From positions 32,001 through 96,000 of the forward strand of contig JBMFRC010000010.1 in NCBI GenBank assembly GCA_049968235.1: 64,000 bases of DNA. The letters are read 5' to 3'. A model generated the notes under the pieces. The model was not told where the DNA came from, searched no databases, and saw nothing but the letters and a program-made list of their open reading frames with translations. The first letter of the stretch is position 1; each line of letters begins with the position of its first letter. The translations under genes and the position numbers were made by a program. The stretch is from Candidatus Hydrogenedens sp. GTDB lineage: Bacteria > Hydrogenedentota > Hydrogenedentia > Hydrogenedentales > Hydrogenedentaceae. Shown here in pieces: positions 1 to 10,514 of this stretch.

Positions 1-30
1 ATATTTGAAAGTGGGTTCGGAGAAGAATAA

Positions 31-1782
31 ATGGAAAAGATTTATCATGGAATACCTGTATCCCCTGGCATTGTTTGGGGTGAAGCTCTTGTATATGACC
101 CGGGAGTTATCAATATTCCACGATTCAAAATTAAAAATCCCAGAGAAGAATACAAAAGAGTTCAGTCGGCGATAGATTTAACTAAAGAGGAATTAACGCT
201 TCTTTACAAAAAGACCCTTGAAAATTCTGGGAACAAGCAAGCGGGTATTTTCGATGTACATTTAATGCTTCTTGAAGATGAAACAATATTAGTAGAATTG
301 AAAAGGCGAATTCATGAAGAATTATTAAATGCTGAGTCCGTCTTGCATGACATTGCTAAAAAGTATTCGAAGGACATACAATCTACCGGCAATTCATTTA
401 TCGAAGAACGGTCAGCGGATGTGATTGATGTCATTGACCGGATTATTAGAAATCTTTTAGCACAGAAGCGACCTGACCTTGATAATATTAAGAAACCCTG
501 TATTCTTTTGTCCGTGGATTTGCCTCCGTCAGAAACTGCGCGCTTGCATCCCGAAAAAATTCGTGCCATAGTTCTTGAGAGAGGTAGTGCTACTTCCCAT
601 GTAGCGATATTAGCGAGGTCATTAAAAATTCCTACAATTGTTGGTGTAAGTAATCTATTTAACACATATACGAGTGTTATAAAAGGGTCAGCCGTTGATG
701 CTATTTCAGGCATATTGTATATTAATCCCACTTCTGAAACTATTCTGAAATTACGACAGAAGAAAATTCAACTATCGAGACGATTTTTACAATATGAAAA
801 GAGAATAATATCTTATCCTTCCCAAACATTAGATGGTAGGCGAATATCTGTTCTTGCGAATATTGAACTTCCCCATGAAGTGGATGATAATGTAAAGCAT
901 TTATCCGCAGGTATAGGTCTATATAGAACCGAATATTTGTTCTTGAATAAACCGGAGCCTCCCACGGAAGAGGAACAATATAAAGAGTATTTATATGTTG
1001 CAAAAACATTAAATCCCTTACCAGTAATATTAAGAACTATTGATATTGGTGGAGATAAATTAGCAAGTTATACGAATTTTATAAAAGAACAAAATCCACA
1101 ATTGGGTTGTAGAGCAGTTCGTTTTTGTCTTGTTCATAAAGATTTTTTTAAGACACAACTTCGTGCTATGTTGCGTGCTGCGACGATTGGGAATATTAAA
1201 ATCATGTTTCCTATGATTAGTAGCATTGATGAACTTCGTGATGTAAAAAAAATCTTACAAGAAGTAAAAGACGAATTGACCTCGGAGAAAATTCCTTTTA
1301 ACAAAGAGCCTGAAATCGGAATTATGATAGAAGTTCCTTCTGCTGTTTTAATAGCAGATGAATTAGCCAAAGAGTGTAATTTTTTCAGCATTGGCACAAA
1401 TGACTTGATACAGTATTCGCTGGCTGTTGATAGAAATAATGAAAATATTGCTCATCTCTACGACCCAACCCATCCTGCAATACTTCGTATGTTGAAAATG
1501 ACCGTTTCTTCCGCTATAAAAGCCAATATATTTTGTAGTATTTGTGGGGAAATGGCAAGCGACCCGTTATTTACAGAGTTTCTTATTGGTTTAGGACTGG
1601 ATAGTTTAAGTATGTCAAGTGTATCTATTCCTCAAATAAGAGCGTTGATAACTAAAATCACATATACGGAGACGACAGAATTTTCGGAAAAAGTATTGAA
1701 ATGTGCTTCTTCCAAGGAGGTTCGGAGTATATTAAAAGAGAGAATTAATACAAAATTTAAAAATATCGTTTCTATAGTTTAA
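31..1782 (+). CDS. ptsI: Phosphoenolpyruvate-protein phosphotransferase (PTS Enzyme I)
   Basis: 583 aa. Phospho-His region SATSHVAILARSLKIPTIVG and C-terminal PEP-utilizing motif CGEMASDP. N-terminus is EI-like with no GAF domain, so PtsI rather than PtsP. Confidence 0.85.
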   Translation: MEKIYHGIPVSPGIVWGEALVYDPGVINIPRFKIKNPREEYKRVQSAIDLTKEELTLLYKKTLENSGNKQAGIFDVHLMLLEDETILVELKRRIHEELLNAESVLHDIAKKYSKDIQSTGNSFIEERSADVIDVIDRIIRNLLAQKRPDLDNIKKPCILLSVDLPPSETARLHPEKIRAIVLERGSATSHVAILARSLKIPTIVGVSNLFNTYTSVIKGSAVDAISGILYINPTSETILKLRQKKIQLSRRFLQYEKRIISYPSQTLDGRRISVLANIELPHEVDDNVKHLSAGIGLYRTEYLFLNKPEPPTEEEQYKEYLYVAKTLNPLPVILRTIDIGGDKLASYTNFIKEQNPQLGCRAVRFCLVHKDFFKTQLRAMLRAATIGNIKIMFPMISSIDELRDVKKILQEVKDELTSEKIPFNKEPEIGIMIEVPSAVLIADELAKECNFFSIGTNDLIQYSLAVDRNNENIAHLYDPTHPAILRMLKMTVSSAIKANIFCSICGEMASDPLFTEFLIGLGLDSLSMSSVSIPQIRALITKITYTETTEFSEKVLKCASSKEVRSILKERINTKFKNIVSIV

Positions 1783-1795
1783 ATGTGTTTTGTTT

Positions 1796-2971
1796 ATGCA
1801 ATCTCATCCTATTCAAAAAAAGAAAATAACTATATTAGGCTCTACGGGTTCAATCGGTCGTAGTGCATTAGAAGTTATTCGTTCTTTCCCGGAACAGTTT
1901 CAGGTTGTGGGATTGTCAGCATATTCTAATATAGAATTATTAAAGAAACAGATACGAGAGTTTAACCCACAATACATCACTGTTTTTAATGAAAAGAGTA
2001 TCCATGAACTTCGTGATGAATTTTCTAATTTAGTCATATATTCAGGGATAGAAGGGTTAAAGCAAATTTCCTCTATTAAGGTGAATATTGTTTTGTGTGC
2101 CCTTGTAGGTGCTGTAGGTTTGGAACCATTATTAACGGCTATAGAGAGTGAAAATGATGTTGCTCTTGCGAATAAAGAACCTTTAGTAATGGCAGGGGGA
2201 TTGATAACTCAAAAGGCAAATAGTACCTCCGTAAAACTTATTCCGGTAGATAGTGAACATAGTGCTATATTTCAATGTTTAATAGGTCATGATATAAATA
2301 CAGTAGAAAAGATATATTTAACCGCATCCGGAGGACCTTTTTATAATAGGTCAATAAAAGAATTGGAAAATGTAACTCCTGAAGAAGCAATAAAACATCC
2401 CACATGGGACATGGGTAAAAAAATTAGTGTTGATTCCGCAACGTTAATGAATAAGGGATTAGAAATTATTGAGGCGATGTGGTTGTTTGGATTGAGAGAA
2501 GATAAAATTGATGTGGTGATACACCCGCAGAGTGTTATCCATGGACTTGTAGAATTTTCAGATGGGAATATGCTTGCACATATGGGTCCTACGGACATGA
2601 AAGTACCTATTTTATTTTCTTTTACATATCCAGAAAGGGCGTTAAAACCCCTTAAAAGGATTAACATAAAGGAACTGTCTGATTTAAGTTTCGATTACCC
2701 TGATGAAAGAAAATTCCCTTGCTTAAAATTAGCAAGAACCGTTGCTAAAAAAGGGGGATTGCACCCCACTGTTTTAAATGCATCTAATGAAGTAGCGGTT
2801 CAGGCTTTTTGCGAAGGAAAAATCCGTTTTACGGATATATATAGAATTGTAGATAAAACACTTGAAGAACATTCATATACGAATTGTAAAGATTATACTT
2901 TAGAGATAATATTAAACATTGACCGGGAAGTAAGAAAAAAATCACTTGAAATAATCAAAAAATTAACATAA
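1796..2971 (+). CDS. dxr: 1-deoxy-D-xylulose 5-phosphate reductoisomerase
   Basis: NADPH-binding motif ILGSTGSIGRSALEVI near the N-terminus; NKGLEIIEA motif; about 390 aa. The ORF track starts at a TTG at 1790; the ATG at 1796 (MQSHPIQ) is the likelier start. Confidence 0.85.
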   Translation: MQSHPIQKKKITILGSTGSIGRSALEVIRSFPEQFQVVGLSAYSNIELLKKQIREFNPQYITVFNEKSIHELRDEFSNLVIYSGIEGLKQISSIKVNIVLCALVGAVGLEPLLTAIESENDVALANKEPLVMAGGLITQKANSTSVKLIPVDSEHSAIFQCLIGHDINTVEKIYLTASGGPFYNRSIKELENVTPEEAIKHPTWDMGKKISVDSATLMNKGLEIIEAMWLFGLREDKIDVVIHPQSVIHGLVEFSDGNMLAHMGPTDMKVPILFSFTYPERALKPLKRINIKELSDLSFDYPDERKFPCLKLARTVAKKGGLHPTVLNASNEVAVQAFCEGKIRFTDIYRIVDKTLEEHSYTNCKDYTLEIILNIDREVRKKSLEIIKKLT

Positions 2972-2986
2972 AGATAGGAAGATATA

Positions 2987-4684
2987 ATGCTGTTCAGTAT
3001 ACTTGTTTTTATAGTTGTTTTGAGTATCTTAATTTTTGTTCATGAATTGGGTCATTTTGTATCTGCTAAACTTTGCAATATATATGTGGACCAATTTAGT
3101 ATTGGTATGCCACCACGGTTAGTTGGTATAAAAATAGGAGAAACAGATTATTGTATTGGTGCTTTGCCTATAGGTGGATATGTAAAAATGGCGGGTCAGG
3201 AAGATGTCCCCTTAGATGAAAAAGAGCGAGAAGAAACTTATGGACATGTTCCACAAGAACGTTGGTTCAAGTTCCGTCCTCTCTGGCAAAGATACATAGT
3301 TATTATTAGCGGACCTTTTATGAATTTTGTTCTCGCTATTATTATTTATATCATTCTTGTTTCTAAAGGAACCTTAATGCCTGAAATGGAAGTGGATTCA
3401 AAGATAGGTAAGGTTGAGGAAAATAGTCCTGCTTTTCATGCTCCACTTTTTTTATATGATGAGATGAGAAATGATAGAAAGGAATACACAGGAAACCCTG
3501 AAGAAACAGGTTGGAAAACAGGAGACCGTATTCTCTCTATTAATGGGAATACTGTAAGGAAATTTAGTGATTTATTTGTAAATGCTACATTGGGAGGTTT
3601 TTCCGATGAACACAAAGTAATCCTTGAAAGAGAATATGTTGATGGGACAATTAAAAAATATATATCTTTTATAAAGCCTGAAATTATAGAAGGAAGTGAA
3701 CTTCCTCGTTATGGCGTAGCTCCTTTCTATTCTGCATTATTAAAGGAAGTAATCAAAGATATGCCTGCCGAAGAGGCTGGTCTAAAGGAAGGAGATATAA
3801 TTTTTTCTGCGAATGGGATTTTAGTTGACCGTACCACTTTTGTTGAACTTACAGAAAAAGCACCTGCCAATCAACCTATCTCCCTTATAATCATTAGAGA
3901 TGGAAAAAAGCAAAATATTCAGGTTGTGCCTGTGACGGTAGGTAGATTGCGGGGAATTAGTCTGTTAGAAACATCCGGTTCCCGAGACGATAGGAAAGGG
4001 TTAGTTGTTGTAGATATAGAATTGGAAATGCAAAAGAAGACAGGTTTGCGGAGAAAAGATATTATCACTAAAATTAATGGGGAATATTTTTCTATTGACA
4101 AACTCCATCAATTTGAGAGAGAACATGCAGGAGAAACCATTGAATTAGAAGTGTATCGACCACCGGTAATATTTGGACTCCTTGAAAAGTCGTCTACATT
4201 AAAGTTAAAGGTTACATTAGACCCGGTACAAGCAATAGGAGTAGCCTTAGGAGAAAAATTGGTAAAGGTAGATTATCCTGTTTCGCAATGGTTGCCTGAA
4301 GCATTTAAACGAAGTTATGATGATTTAAAGCAGACGATTCTTGTCTTAAAGGGCTTAATCGTAGGTGCGGTTAGTCCTAAAGTTTTGGGAGGTCCTATCA
4401 TGATTTTTGATGCTACTTCTAAAGCGGCTAATATGGGCATAGATTGGTTATTAGGTCTAATGGCTCTGGTAAGTGTAAATCTTGCTGTTGTAAATCTGTT
4501 GCCTATACCGATTCTTGATGGTAGCCTTGTCTTCATATTAACTATTGAATCTATAATGAAAAGACCATTGAGCCCTAAAATACAAGAGCGAATACAACAA
4601 ATAGGTTTTGTTATAATAATATTACTTCTCCTATTGGTTAGTTGGAATGATATAAGACGAATTATAAGTGATATTATTCCCTAA
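2987..4684 (+). CDS. rseP: RIP site-2 zinc metalloprotease RseP with PDZ domains
   Basis: HELGHF zinc motif in the first transmembrane region, internal PDZ-like segments, C-terminal NLLPIPILDGS motif. RBS AGGAAG upstream. dxr-rseP adjacency is a common conserved arrangement. Confidence 0.8.
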   Translation: MLFSILVFIVVLSILIFVHELGHFVSAKLCNIYVDQFSIGMPPRLVGIKIGETDYCIGALPIGGYVKMAGQEDVPLDEKEREETYGHVPQERWFKFRPLWQRYIVIISGPFMNFVLAIIIYIILVSKGTLMPEMEVDSKIGKVEENSPAFHAPLFLYDEMRNDRKEYTGNPEETGWKTGDRILSINGNTVRKFSDLFVNATLGGFSDEHKVILEREYVDGTIKKYISFIKPEIIEGSELPRYGVAPFYSALLKEVIKDMPAEEAGLKEGDIIFSANGILVDRTTFVELTEKAPANQPISLIIIRDGKKQNIQVVPVTVGRLRGISLLETSGSRDDRKGLVVVDIELEMQKKTGLRRKDIITKINGEYFSIDKLHQFEREHAGETIELEVYRPPVIFGLLEKSSTLKLKVTLDPVQAIGVALGEKLVKVDYPVSQWLPEAFKRSYDDLKQTILVLKGLIVGAVSPKVLGGPIMIFDATSKAANMGIDWLLGLMALVSVNLAVVNLLPIPILDGSLVFILTIESIMKRPLSPKIQERIQQIGFVIIILLLLLVSWNDIRRIISDIIP

Positions 4685-4720
4685 TTGTAATAACCATAAC
4701 TAAAAATAAAAGGAATAAGA

Positions 4721-6031
4721 ATGGGTGCAATTACATGTAAATTTGGTGGAACTTCACTTGCCGATGCTAATTGTATTAAAAAAGTAAAAGAGATAATACT
4801 TTCATCGAGTAATCGTAGATTTATTGTTCCTTCGGCTCCAGGTAAAAGGGATTCTAAAGATAAAAAAATTACAGACCTTTTATATCTCTGGTATGAAATT
4901 GCACGCGAAGGTTTGGATGCATCTGAACCTGAAAGAATTATCAGAGAGCGTTTTAATACGATTGTATCAGAACTTTCCTTATCTATTGATATAAATAAAG
5001 AAATAGATGAAATATCTAAAAATGCAGGTGTTTTTAAGTCACCCGATTATATGGCTTCAAGGGGAGAATATCTAAATGGGAGAATTATTGCAGAATATTT
5101 AGGGGCAACATTTATAGACCCTGCTAAATGTATATTTTTTAATGAATCAGGCTTTTTGGATACAAGAACATATAATATATTAGGGGAACAATTGCAGGGG
5201 TCAGGACTTTTTGTAGTCCCTGGTTTTTATGGTTCAATGCCGGATGGTAACATAAAAACATTTCCGAGAGGTGGTAGTGATATAACGGGTGCTATTGTAG
5301 CCCGTGCCAGTAAATCTATACTTTATGAGAATTGGACGGATGTTAATGGTTTCCGTATGGCTGACCCTAAAATCGTTCCTGATGCAAAAAGGATAGAGGA
5401 AATAACTTATCAGGAATTGCGAGAACTTTCCTATATGGGAGCAACGGTTTTACATGATGAATCTATTTATCCTGTTCTTGAAATGGGAATCCCCATACAT
5501 ATTAAGAATACACATGAACCTGAGAATCCGGGAACTATGATTGTTAAAAGTAGAGTGCCTAAAGGTCCGGTGTGTGGGATTGCGGGATTAGGTGGATTTA
5601 GTATGATTAATATTGAGAAAACCTTTATGAACAAAGAAAGAGGTTTTGGTCTAAAGGTTTTGTCCGTTCTTGATGAATTTGATGTTCGTTGGGAACATAT
5701 GCCTACCGGTATTGACACAATGTCTGTAATCATCCGTAATAATGAATTAGGAAATAAGGGACAACTAATTGTAGATGCCATTAAGAAAAGATGTAATACA
5801 GATGAGGTAAACATTACAAAAGGTCTTGCAATGATTGCTACTGTAGGGTTGGGAATGAATCATCATATTGGCGTTGCAGCAAGATTATGTTCTGCACTTG
5901 CCCAAGCACAGGTAAATATTCGAGTTATTGACCAGGGGTCATCAGAAATGAATATCCTTATAGGCGTAGATGAATCTGATTTAAATAAATCTATCAAATC
6001 TATTTATGATGCCTTTGAAGACTGGGTGTAA
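4721..6031 (+). CDS. lysC: Aspartate kinase
   Basis: N-terminal KFGGTSLADANCIKKV kinase motif, VVPGFYG segment, C-terminal ACT-like region; 436 aa. Confidence 0.8.
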   Translation: MGAITCKFGGTSLADANCIKKVKEIILSSSNRRFIVPSAPGKRDSKDKKITDLLYLWYEIAREGLDASEPERIIRERFNTIVSELSLSIDINKEIDEISKNAGVFKSPDYMASRGEYLNGRIIAEYLGATFIDPAKCIFFNESGFLDTRTYNILGEQLQGSGLFVVPGFYGSMPDGNIKTFPRGGSDITGAIVARASKSILYENWTDVNGFRMADPKIVPDAKRIEEITYQELRELSYMGATVLHDESIYPVLEMGIPIHIKNTHEPENPGTMIVKSRVPKGPVCGIAGLGGFSMINIEKTFMNKERGFGLKVLSVLDEFDVRWEHMPTGIDTMSVIIRNNELGNKGQLIVDAIKKRCNTDEVNITKGLAMIATVGLGMNHHIGVAARLCSALAQAQVNIRVIDQGSSEMNILIGVDESDLNKSIKSIYDAFEDWV

Positions 6032-6091
6032 ATAGACCTGTATACATTATATTTCCCTTTAATAAAATCTAACTGAAAAGGCTTTTTATTT

Positions 6092-7546
6092 ATGCGTGGA
6101 ACTAAAATTATTTGTACTATGGGTCCGGCTACAAATGATGAAACTATTATTAAATCCCTTATCAATGCAGGTATGGATGTAGCACGTTTAAATCTTTCCC
6201 ATGGGACACATGACTATCATAAAGAAATGTATACGAAAATTCGTTCCGTCGCTAAAGAAACAGGGAAAGATATTGCCGTTTTATTTGATTTGCAAGGTCC
6301 TAAAATTAGGACGGGGTTTTTAGAAAATCACCAACCCATAGAATTAATTCGTGGCGAACATATTATTATTACATCAGAGCAAATTATTGGAAATACAAAG
6401 ATTATTTCCACAGATTATTCTCTTTTACCGGAAGAAGTAAAACCAGGGAATCGAATACTCTTAGCCGATGGTACCTTAGAACTTAGGGTAATTGAATCTC
6501 GCCCTCCAGAGATTGATTGCGAGATTATAAGAGGAGGTATATTGGGCGAAAGGAAAGGGATGAATTTACCTGAAATACCTATCAAACTTCCATCATTAAC
6601 AGAAAAAGATTGGGATGACCTTGATTTTGGAATTAGTTTAGGTGCGGATTATTTTGCTTTATCCTTTGTTCGTACACCGGAGGATGTTACACAGGTCAAA
6701 AAGCGATTACAGGATAAAAACAGTATTGCGAAAGTTGTTGCAAAAATAGAACGTCCCGAAGCACTACGATGTATTAATAGTATTATAGAGGTATCGGATG
6801 CATTACTAATTGCACGAGGAGACCTTGCCGTAGAGACAATACTTGAAGAAGTACCATTAGTACAAAAAAGAATTATTCGTAAATGTAATCTTGCAGGAAT
6901 TCCGGTTATCACAGCGACACAAATGCTGGAATCTATGACAGAACATCCTATACCTACGCGTGCGGAGATGTCTGATGTTGCAAATGCAGTTCTTGATGGA
7001 ACCGATGCAGTTATGTTGTCTGCGGAAACAGCGACAGGTAAAAATCCCATATCGGCTGTTGAAGTAATGGATAAAATAATTCGTTGTGTAGAGAAAGACC
7101 AGAGTTATTTCGAATGTCCTTTTGATGAGATGTGTAAATCTCCATTGTTGAAGCAAGACAATAAAGAATTTCACAGTAAGATTGAAGATACTGCTATAGC
7201 CTCAGGTAAAGCGGTAAAACAATTAGTAATGGCCCTAAATACAAAGGCAATTGCCTGCTTTACCTATTCAGGATATTCTGCAATGGCAATTTCTAATTCG
7301 CGACCTAAGGTTCCTATTTATGCTTTAACTCCTAATGAAAGTGTAGCAAGACAATGCTCTCTATTTTGGGGTGTTCAGGCAATAAAACTTCCTGAAGTGC
7401 AATCTATTGAAGACATGCTTCTTACCGTTGAAAAAACTCTAATAACAAAGAAATTAGTTAAACGAGGTGATATGGTAATAATTGTAGCAGGCTATCCTTT
7501 GTCAGTTGCATGTCCTACAAATCTTATAAAGGTGCATGTTATTTAA
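6092..7546 (+). CDS. pyk: Pyruvate kinase
   Basis: N-terminal MRGTKIICTMGPAT, typical pyruvate kinase domain layout, 484 aa. Confidence 0.85.
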   Translation: MRGTKIICTMGPATNDETIIKSLINAGMDVARLNLSHGTHDYHKEMYTKIRSVAKETGKDIAVLFDLQGPKIRTGFLENHQPIELIRGEHIIITSEQIIGNTKIISTDYSLLPEEVKPGNRILLADGTLELRVIESRPPEIDCEIIRGGILGERKGMNLPEIPIKLPSLTEKDWDDLDFGISLGADYFALSFVRTPEDVTQVKKRLQDKNSIAKVVAKIERPEALRCINSIIEVSDALLIARGDLAVETILEEVPLVQKRIIRKCNLAGIPVITATQMLESMTEHPIPTRAEMSDVANAVLDGTDAVMLSAETATGKNPISAVEVMDKIIRCVEKDQSYFECPFDEMCKSPLLKQDNKEFHSKIEDTAIASGKAVKQLVMALNTKAIACFTYSGYSAMAISNSRPKVPIYALTPNESVARQCSLFWGVQAIKLPEVQSIEDMLLTVEKTLITKKLVKRGDMVIIVAGYPLSVACPTNLIKVHVI

Positions 7547-7555
7547 TGGGACTTT

Positions 7556-8299
7556 ATGAATAGACAGGAATGGTATATATCTGCCTTTGAAGAATGGTAT
7601 CCAATTATTTACCAACATAGAGATGCAAAAGAAGCCCGGAAACAGGTCACGTTTGCGTATTCAGAATTAAATTTGCATTATAACAGCAAAACTCTGGATT
7701 TATGCTGTGGTTATGGTAGGCATTTAGTTTTTTTGTCTGAGAAAATATCATTTGTAGTGGGTTATGACTTATCATTATACTTGCTAAAAACAGCACAGCG
7801 TCTTTTACCCAATAAAATATCTCTTGTAAGAGGGGATGTGCGATATTTACCTTTTTCTCCTAAAAGTTTTGATGCTGTTTTGAACTTTTTCACAAGTTTT
7901 GGCTATTTTGAGGAAGATAGAGAAAATGTTCGTCAGATAGAACAGGTTTCGTTTGTTTTGAAGAATAAAGGGAAATTCTTATTTGATTATCTAAATTCGA
8001 TACAGGTACAAAAAATAAAAAATGTCATAACAGAGAAAACATATAAGACGTATATAATAAAAGAAAATCGTTGTTATGATGAAAGTAAAAAAGAACTTAG
8101 AAAAGATGTTTCTATTTATTTAAATAATCAACTAAAAAAATTTTATACTGAAAGAGTCAGGGTATATAGCCTTGAAGAAATATTAAAAATGTTCTCATCT
8201 CAAAATTTATGCATTCAAAAAATATATGGCAATTACAATAAGGAACCATATACGGAAGAAAGTCCAAGACTTATAATTGTCGGGGAGAAAAATGAATAA
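7556..8299 (+). CDS. Class I SAM-dependent methyltransferase (candidate N-methyl-bacillithiol methyltransferase, NmbA-like)
   Basis: SAM-binding motif I LDLCCGYGRHLVFL; 247 aa. Its stop overlaps the start of bshC, indicating translational coupling. The functional assignment is inferred from gene context only. Confidence 0.5.
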   Translation: MNRQEWYISAFEEWYPIIYQHRDAKEARKQVTFAYSELNLHYNSKTLDLCCGYGRHLVFLSEKISFVVGYDLSLYLLKTAQRLLPNKISLVRGDVRYLPFSPKSFDAVLNFFTSFGYFEEDRENVRQIEQVSFVLKNKGKFLFDYLNSIQVQKIKNVITEKTYKTYIIKENRCYDESKKELRKDVSIYLNNQLKKFYTERVRVYSLEEILKMFSSQNLCIQKIYGNYNKEPYTEESPRLIIVGEKNE

Positions 8300-9809
8300 T
8301 CTGTTTCAGGATTTTTTACTATCCAAAAATGAGTTAAGAGAGTTTTTTCCATGGCTACCTGTTGACGGAATAAAAAAAATAAATGATTATATCAATAATA
8401 ACTACAAGTTTATAGAAAAAAAACATATCGCATCACCTGTGATAATAACGGGACAACAACCTGCTGTCTTTGGTGGACCTCTATATACTATTTATAAAAT
8501 AATTACAGTTATTCAATTATCCTCATTGCTACATAATAATTATGGAATTAAAACTCAACCGATTTTCTGGGTTCATTCGTGGGACCACGACTGGGAAGAA
8601 GTCTGTTATACGAATTTTCTTACTTATAACTATGAAATATACCCGTTTAGGTTTAATCCTGATAATAATGAAAAGGGAAAACCTTTATATAAACTAAAAT
8701 TGGACAAAGATTTTATAGAAGCACAAATACCTGAAATTTTCAAGAATGTTAAAGGTTCTGAATTTGCTTCTCGATGGCAGGATTTTCTTCTAAATTCAAT
8801 ATCTTCGTGTGACACTCTTTCGGATTGGTCTGTAAATATTCTAAAACAAATATTCAAAGATGAAAACCTTTGTTGGTTTGAACCCCATAATGCAAAGGAT
8901 TTTAAAATTTTACAGCAGGTCATGGAAATATCTATTGATAATCATTCCTTATTATTTGAACATTTTAATAAAACAACAAGTCTTTTAAAAGAAACAGGTT
9001 ATAAACCTCAGGTGCATAAATTACCTGACAATGCGTTCTTTTTCCTTGAAGAAAATAATTATAGGAGTAGACTTAAATTCCACGATGGCGTTTTTTATTC
9101 TGAAATATCAAAAAGAAAATATGCTGTTTCTGAGATAAAACGTATATTACATTATGAACCGGAACGCTTCTCCCCTAATCTTTTATTAAGGTGTATTTAT
9201 CAACAGATGATTTTTCCCGTAGTAGTTTATGTTGGGGGACCTGCAGAAGTTGCTTATTGGGCTCAGTTAAAAGATTTATTTTTATTTTTTAACTTGCCTA
9301 TGCCGATTGTATATCCTCGCAAGAGGTTAATATTATTACCTTCTAAAATAAAAAAATGGCTTTCAGAATTAAACATAAATGTATATAATTTACCTCAAAT
9401 ATACGATAATATAAAAGATAATAAATCTTTTGTTATATCAGATAGTCTAAATAGTGAGATAGAAAAAACTAAAATAAAGTTTATAGATAATGCGATGTCA
9501 TTCTTTGATAATTTAATTACGATATTTAATGATAAATCTTTAGATAATTACCGCAAAACATATTTATCAAAAATGGAATTTGAGGCACAACGATTGATTG
9601 ATAATTTCACCAAATTACAGAGAAATAAAAATGAGATATTTCAGAAGCATCTTACTCATATATTGAATACAATTTATCCAAATAGTTTAGAACAGGAACG
9701 GTTTTTTTCGCCCTTTTCTTTTATCCCGGAATATAGCCATGATTTTATTAAAATGATAATGAATAAAACAGATGTTATAGATTTTGATATAGGGATTGTA
9801 GAGATATGA
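8292..9809 (+). CDS. bshC: Bacillithiol biosynthesis cysteine-adding enzyme BshC
   Basis: About 510 aa. N-terminal ITGQQPAVFGGPLYTIYKI resembles the BshC TGQQ...GPLYT signature. Followed directly by bshB and bshA. The ATG at 8292 (MNNLFQ) lies inside the end of the upstream methyltransferase; the ORF track starts earlier at 8277. Confidence 0.6.
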   Translation: MNNLFQDFLLSKNELREFFPWLPVDGIKKINDYINNNYKFIEKKHIASPVIITGQQPAVFGGPLYTIYKIITVIQLSSLLHNNYGIKTQPIFWVHSWDHDWEEVCYTNFLTYNYEIYPFRFNPDNNEKGKPLYKLKLDKDFIEAQIPEIFKNVKGSEFASRWQDFLLNSISSCDTLSDWSVNILKQIFKDENLCWFEPHNAKDFKILQQVMEISIDNHSLLFEHFNKTTSLLKETGYKPQVHKLPDNAFFFLEENNYRSRLKFHDGVFYSEISKRKYAVSEIKRILHYEPERFSPNLLLRCIYQQMIFPVVVYVGGPAEVAYWAQLKDLFLFFNLPMPIVYPRKRLILLPSKIKKWLSELNINVYNLPQIYDNIKDNKSFVISDSLNSEIEKTKIKFIDNAMSFFDNLITIFNDKSLDNYRKTYLSKMEFEAQRLIDNFTKLQRNKNEIFQKHLTHILNTIYPNSLEQERFFSPFSFIPEYSHDFIKMIMNKTDVIDFDIGIVEI

Positions 9810-10513
9810 ATGATATAGATATTTTAGCATTCGGAGCCCACCCGGACGATGTTGAATTGGGGATTGGAGGAATTTTAGCAAAATGTGTCCAGAATGGTTT
9901 AAAAGTGGGTATTATTGATTTAACACGGGGAGAAATGAGTTCTCGTGGAACAGTTGAAGAAAGAAGATTAGAGGCAGAAGAAGCAGGAAAAATAATTGGA
10001 ATATCTTTAAGAGATAATCTTTATCTAAAAGATTCAGAGGTTCAGAATGTTCCTGAACAAAGATTGCCTGTTATTTCTACTATCAGGAAATATCGTCCCA
10101 AAATTATTTTTGCTACTATGAATGAAGATAAACATCCTGACCATCACAATGCCCATTTTTTAATAAAAGAATCTAATTATTTTTCAGGCTTATTCAAAAT
10201 CAAAACAGAATACGAACCTTATCGTTGTCCAACATTACTTTTTTACTACCCCTATTATGAAGTCCGGTCTCCTAATTTTATTGTTGATATTTCAGAGTAT
10301 TATGATAGGAAAATAAATGCTTTAAAAGCACATCGCTCACAATTTTTTAATCCTGGATATTCAGGAAATAAAACTTTTATTTCTTCCGAGAGATTCTGGC
10401 ATAGTATTCGGGACCGATGTGCGTATTGGGGAAGTAGAATTAATGTGTCTTATGCTGAAACGATTTTTAGTATAGAACCTGTAAATTTATCATCACTTAA
10501 AATAATTATTTGA
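9806..10513 (+). CDS. bshB: N-acetyl-alpha-D-glucosaminyl L-malate deacetylase BshB (LmbE/PIG-L family)
   Basis: N-terminal DILAFGAHPDDVELGIGGILAK closely resembles BshB1/LmbE metal-binding motifs. The start overlaps the bshC stop as ATGA. Confidence 0.75.
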   Translation: MNDIDILAFGAHPDDVELGIGGILAKCVQNGLKVGIIDLTRGEMSSRGTVEERRLEAEEAGKIIGISLRDNLYLKDSEVQNVPEQRLPVISTIRKYRPKIIFATMNEDKHPDHHNAHFLIKESNYFSGLFKIKTEYEPYRCPTLLFYYPYYEVRSPNFIVDISEYYDRKINALKAHRSQFFNPGYSGNKTFISSERFWHSIRDRCAYWGSRINVSYAETIFSIEPVNLSSLKIII

Positions 10514-10514
10514 C

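Noticed and set aside
6649-7174. Overlapping antisense ORFs (133 aa and 105 aa) inside pyk, and the many similar 60-150-aa antisense ORFs inside other long genes
   Set aside because: They lie entirely within well-supported genes on the opposite strand and are low complexity (Cys/Phe/Ile rich, as expected from antisense AT-rich coding sequence). I treated them as ORF shadows.
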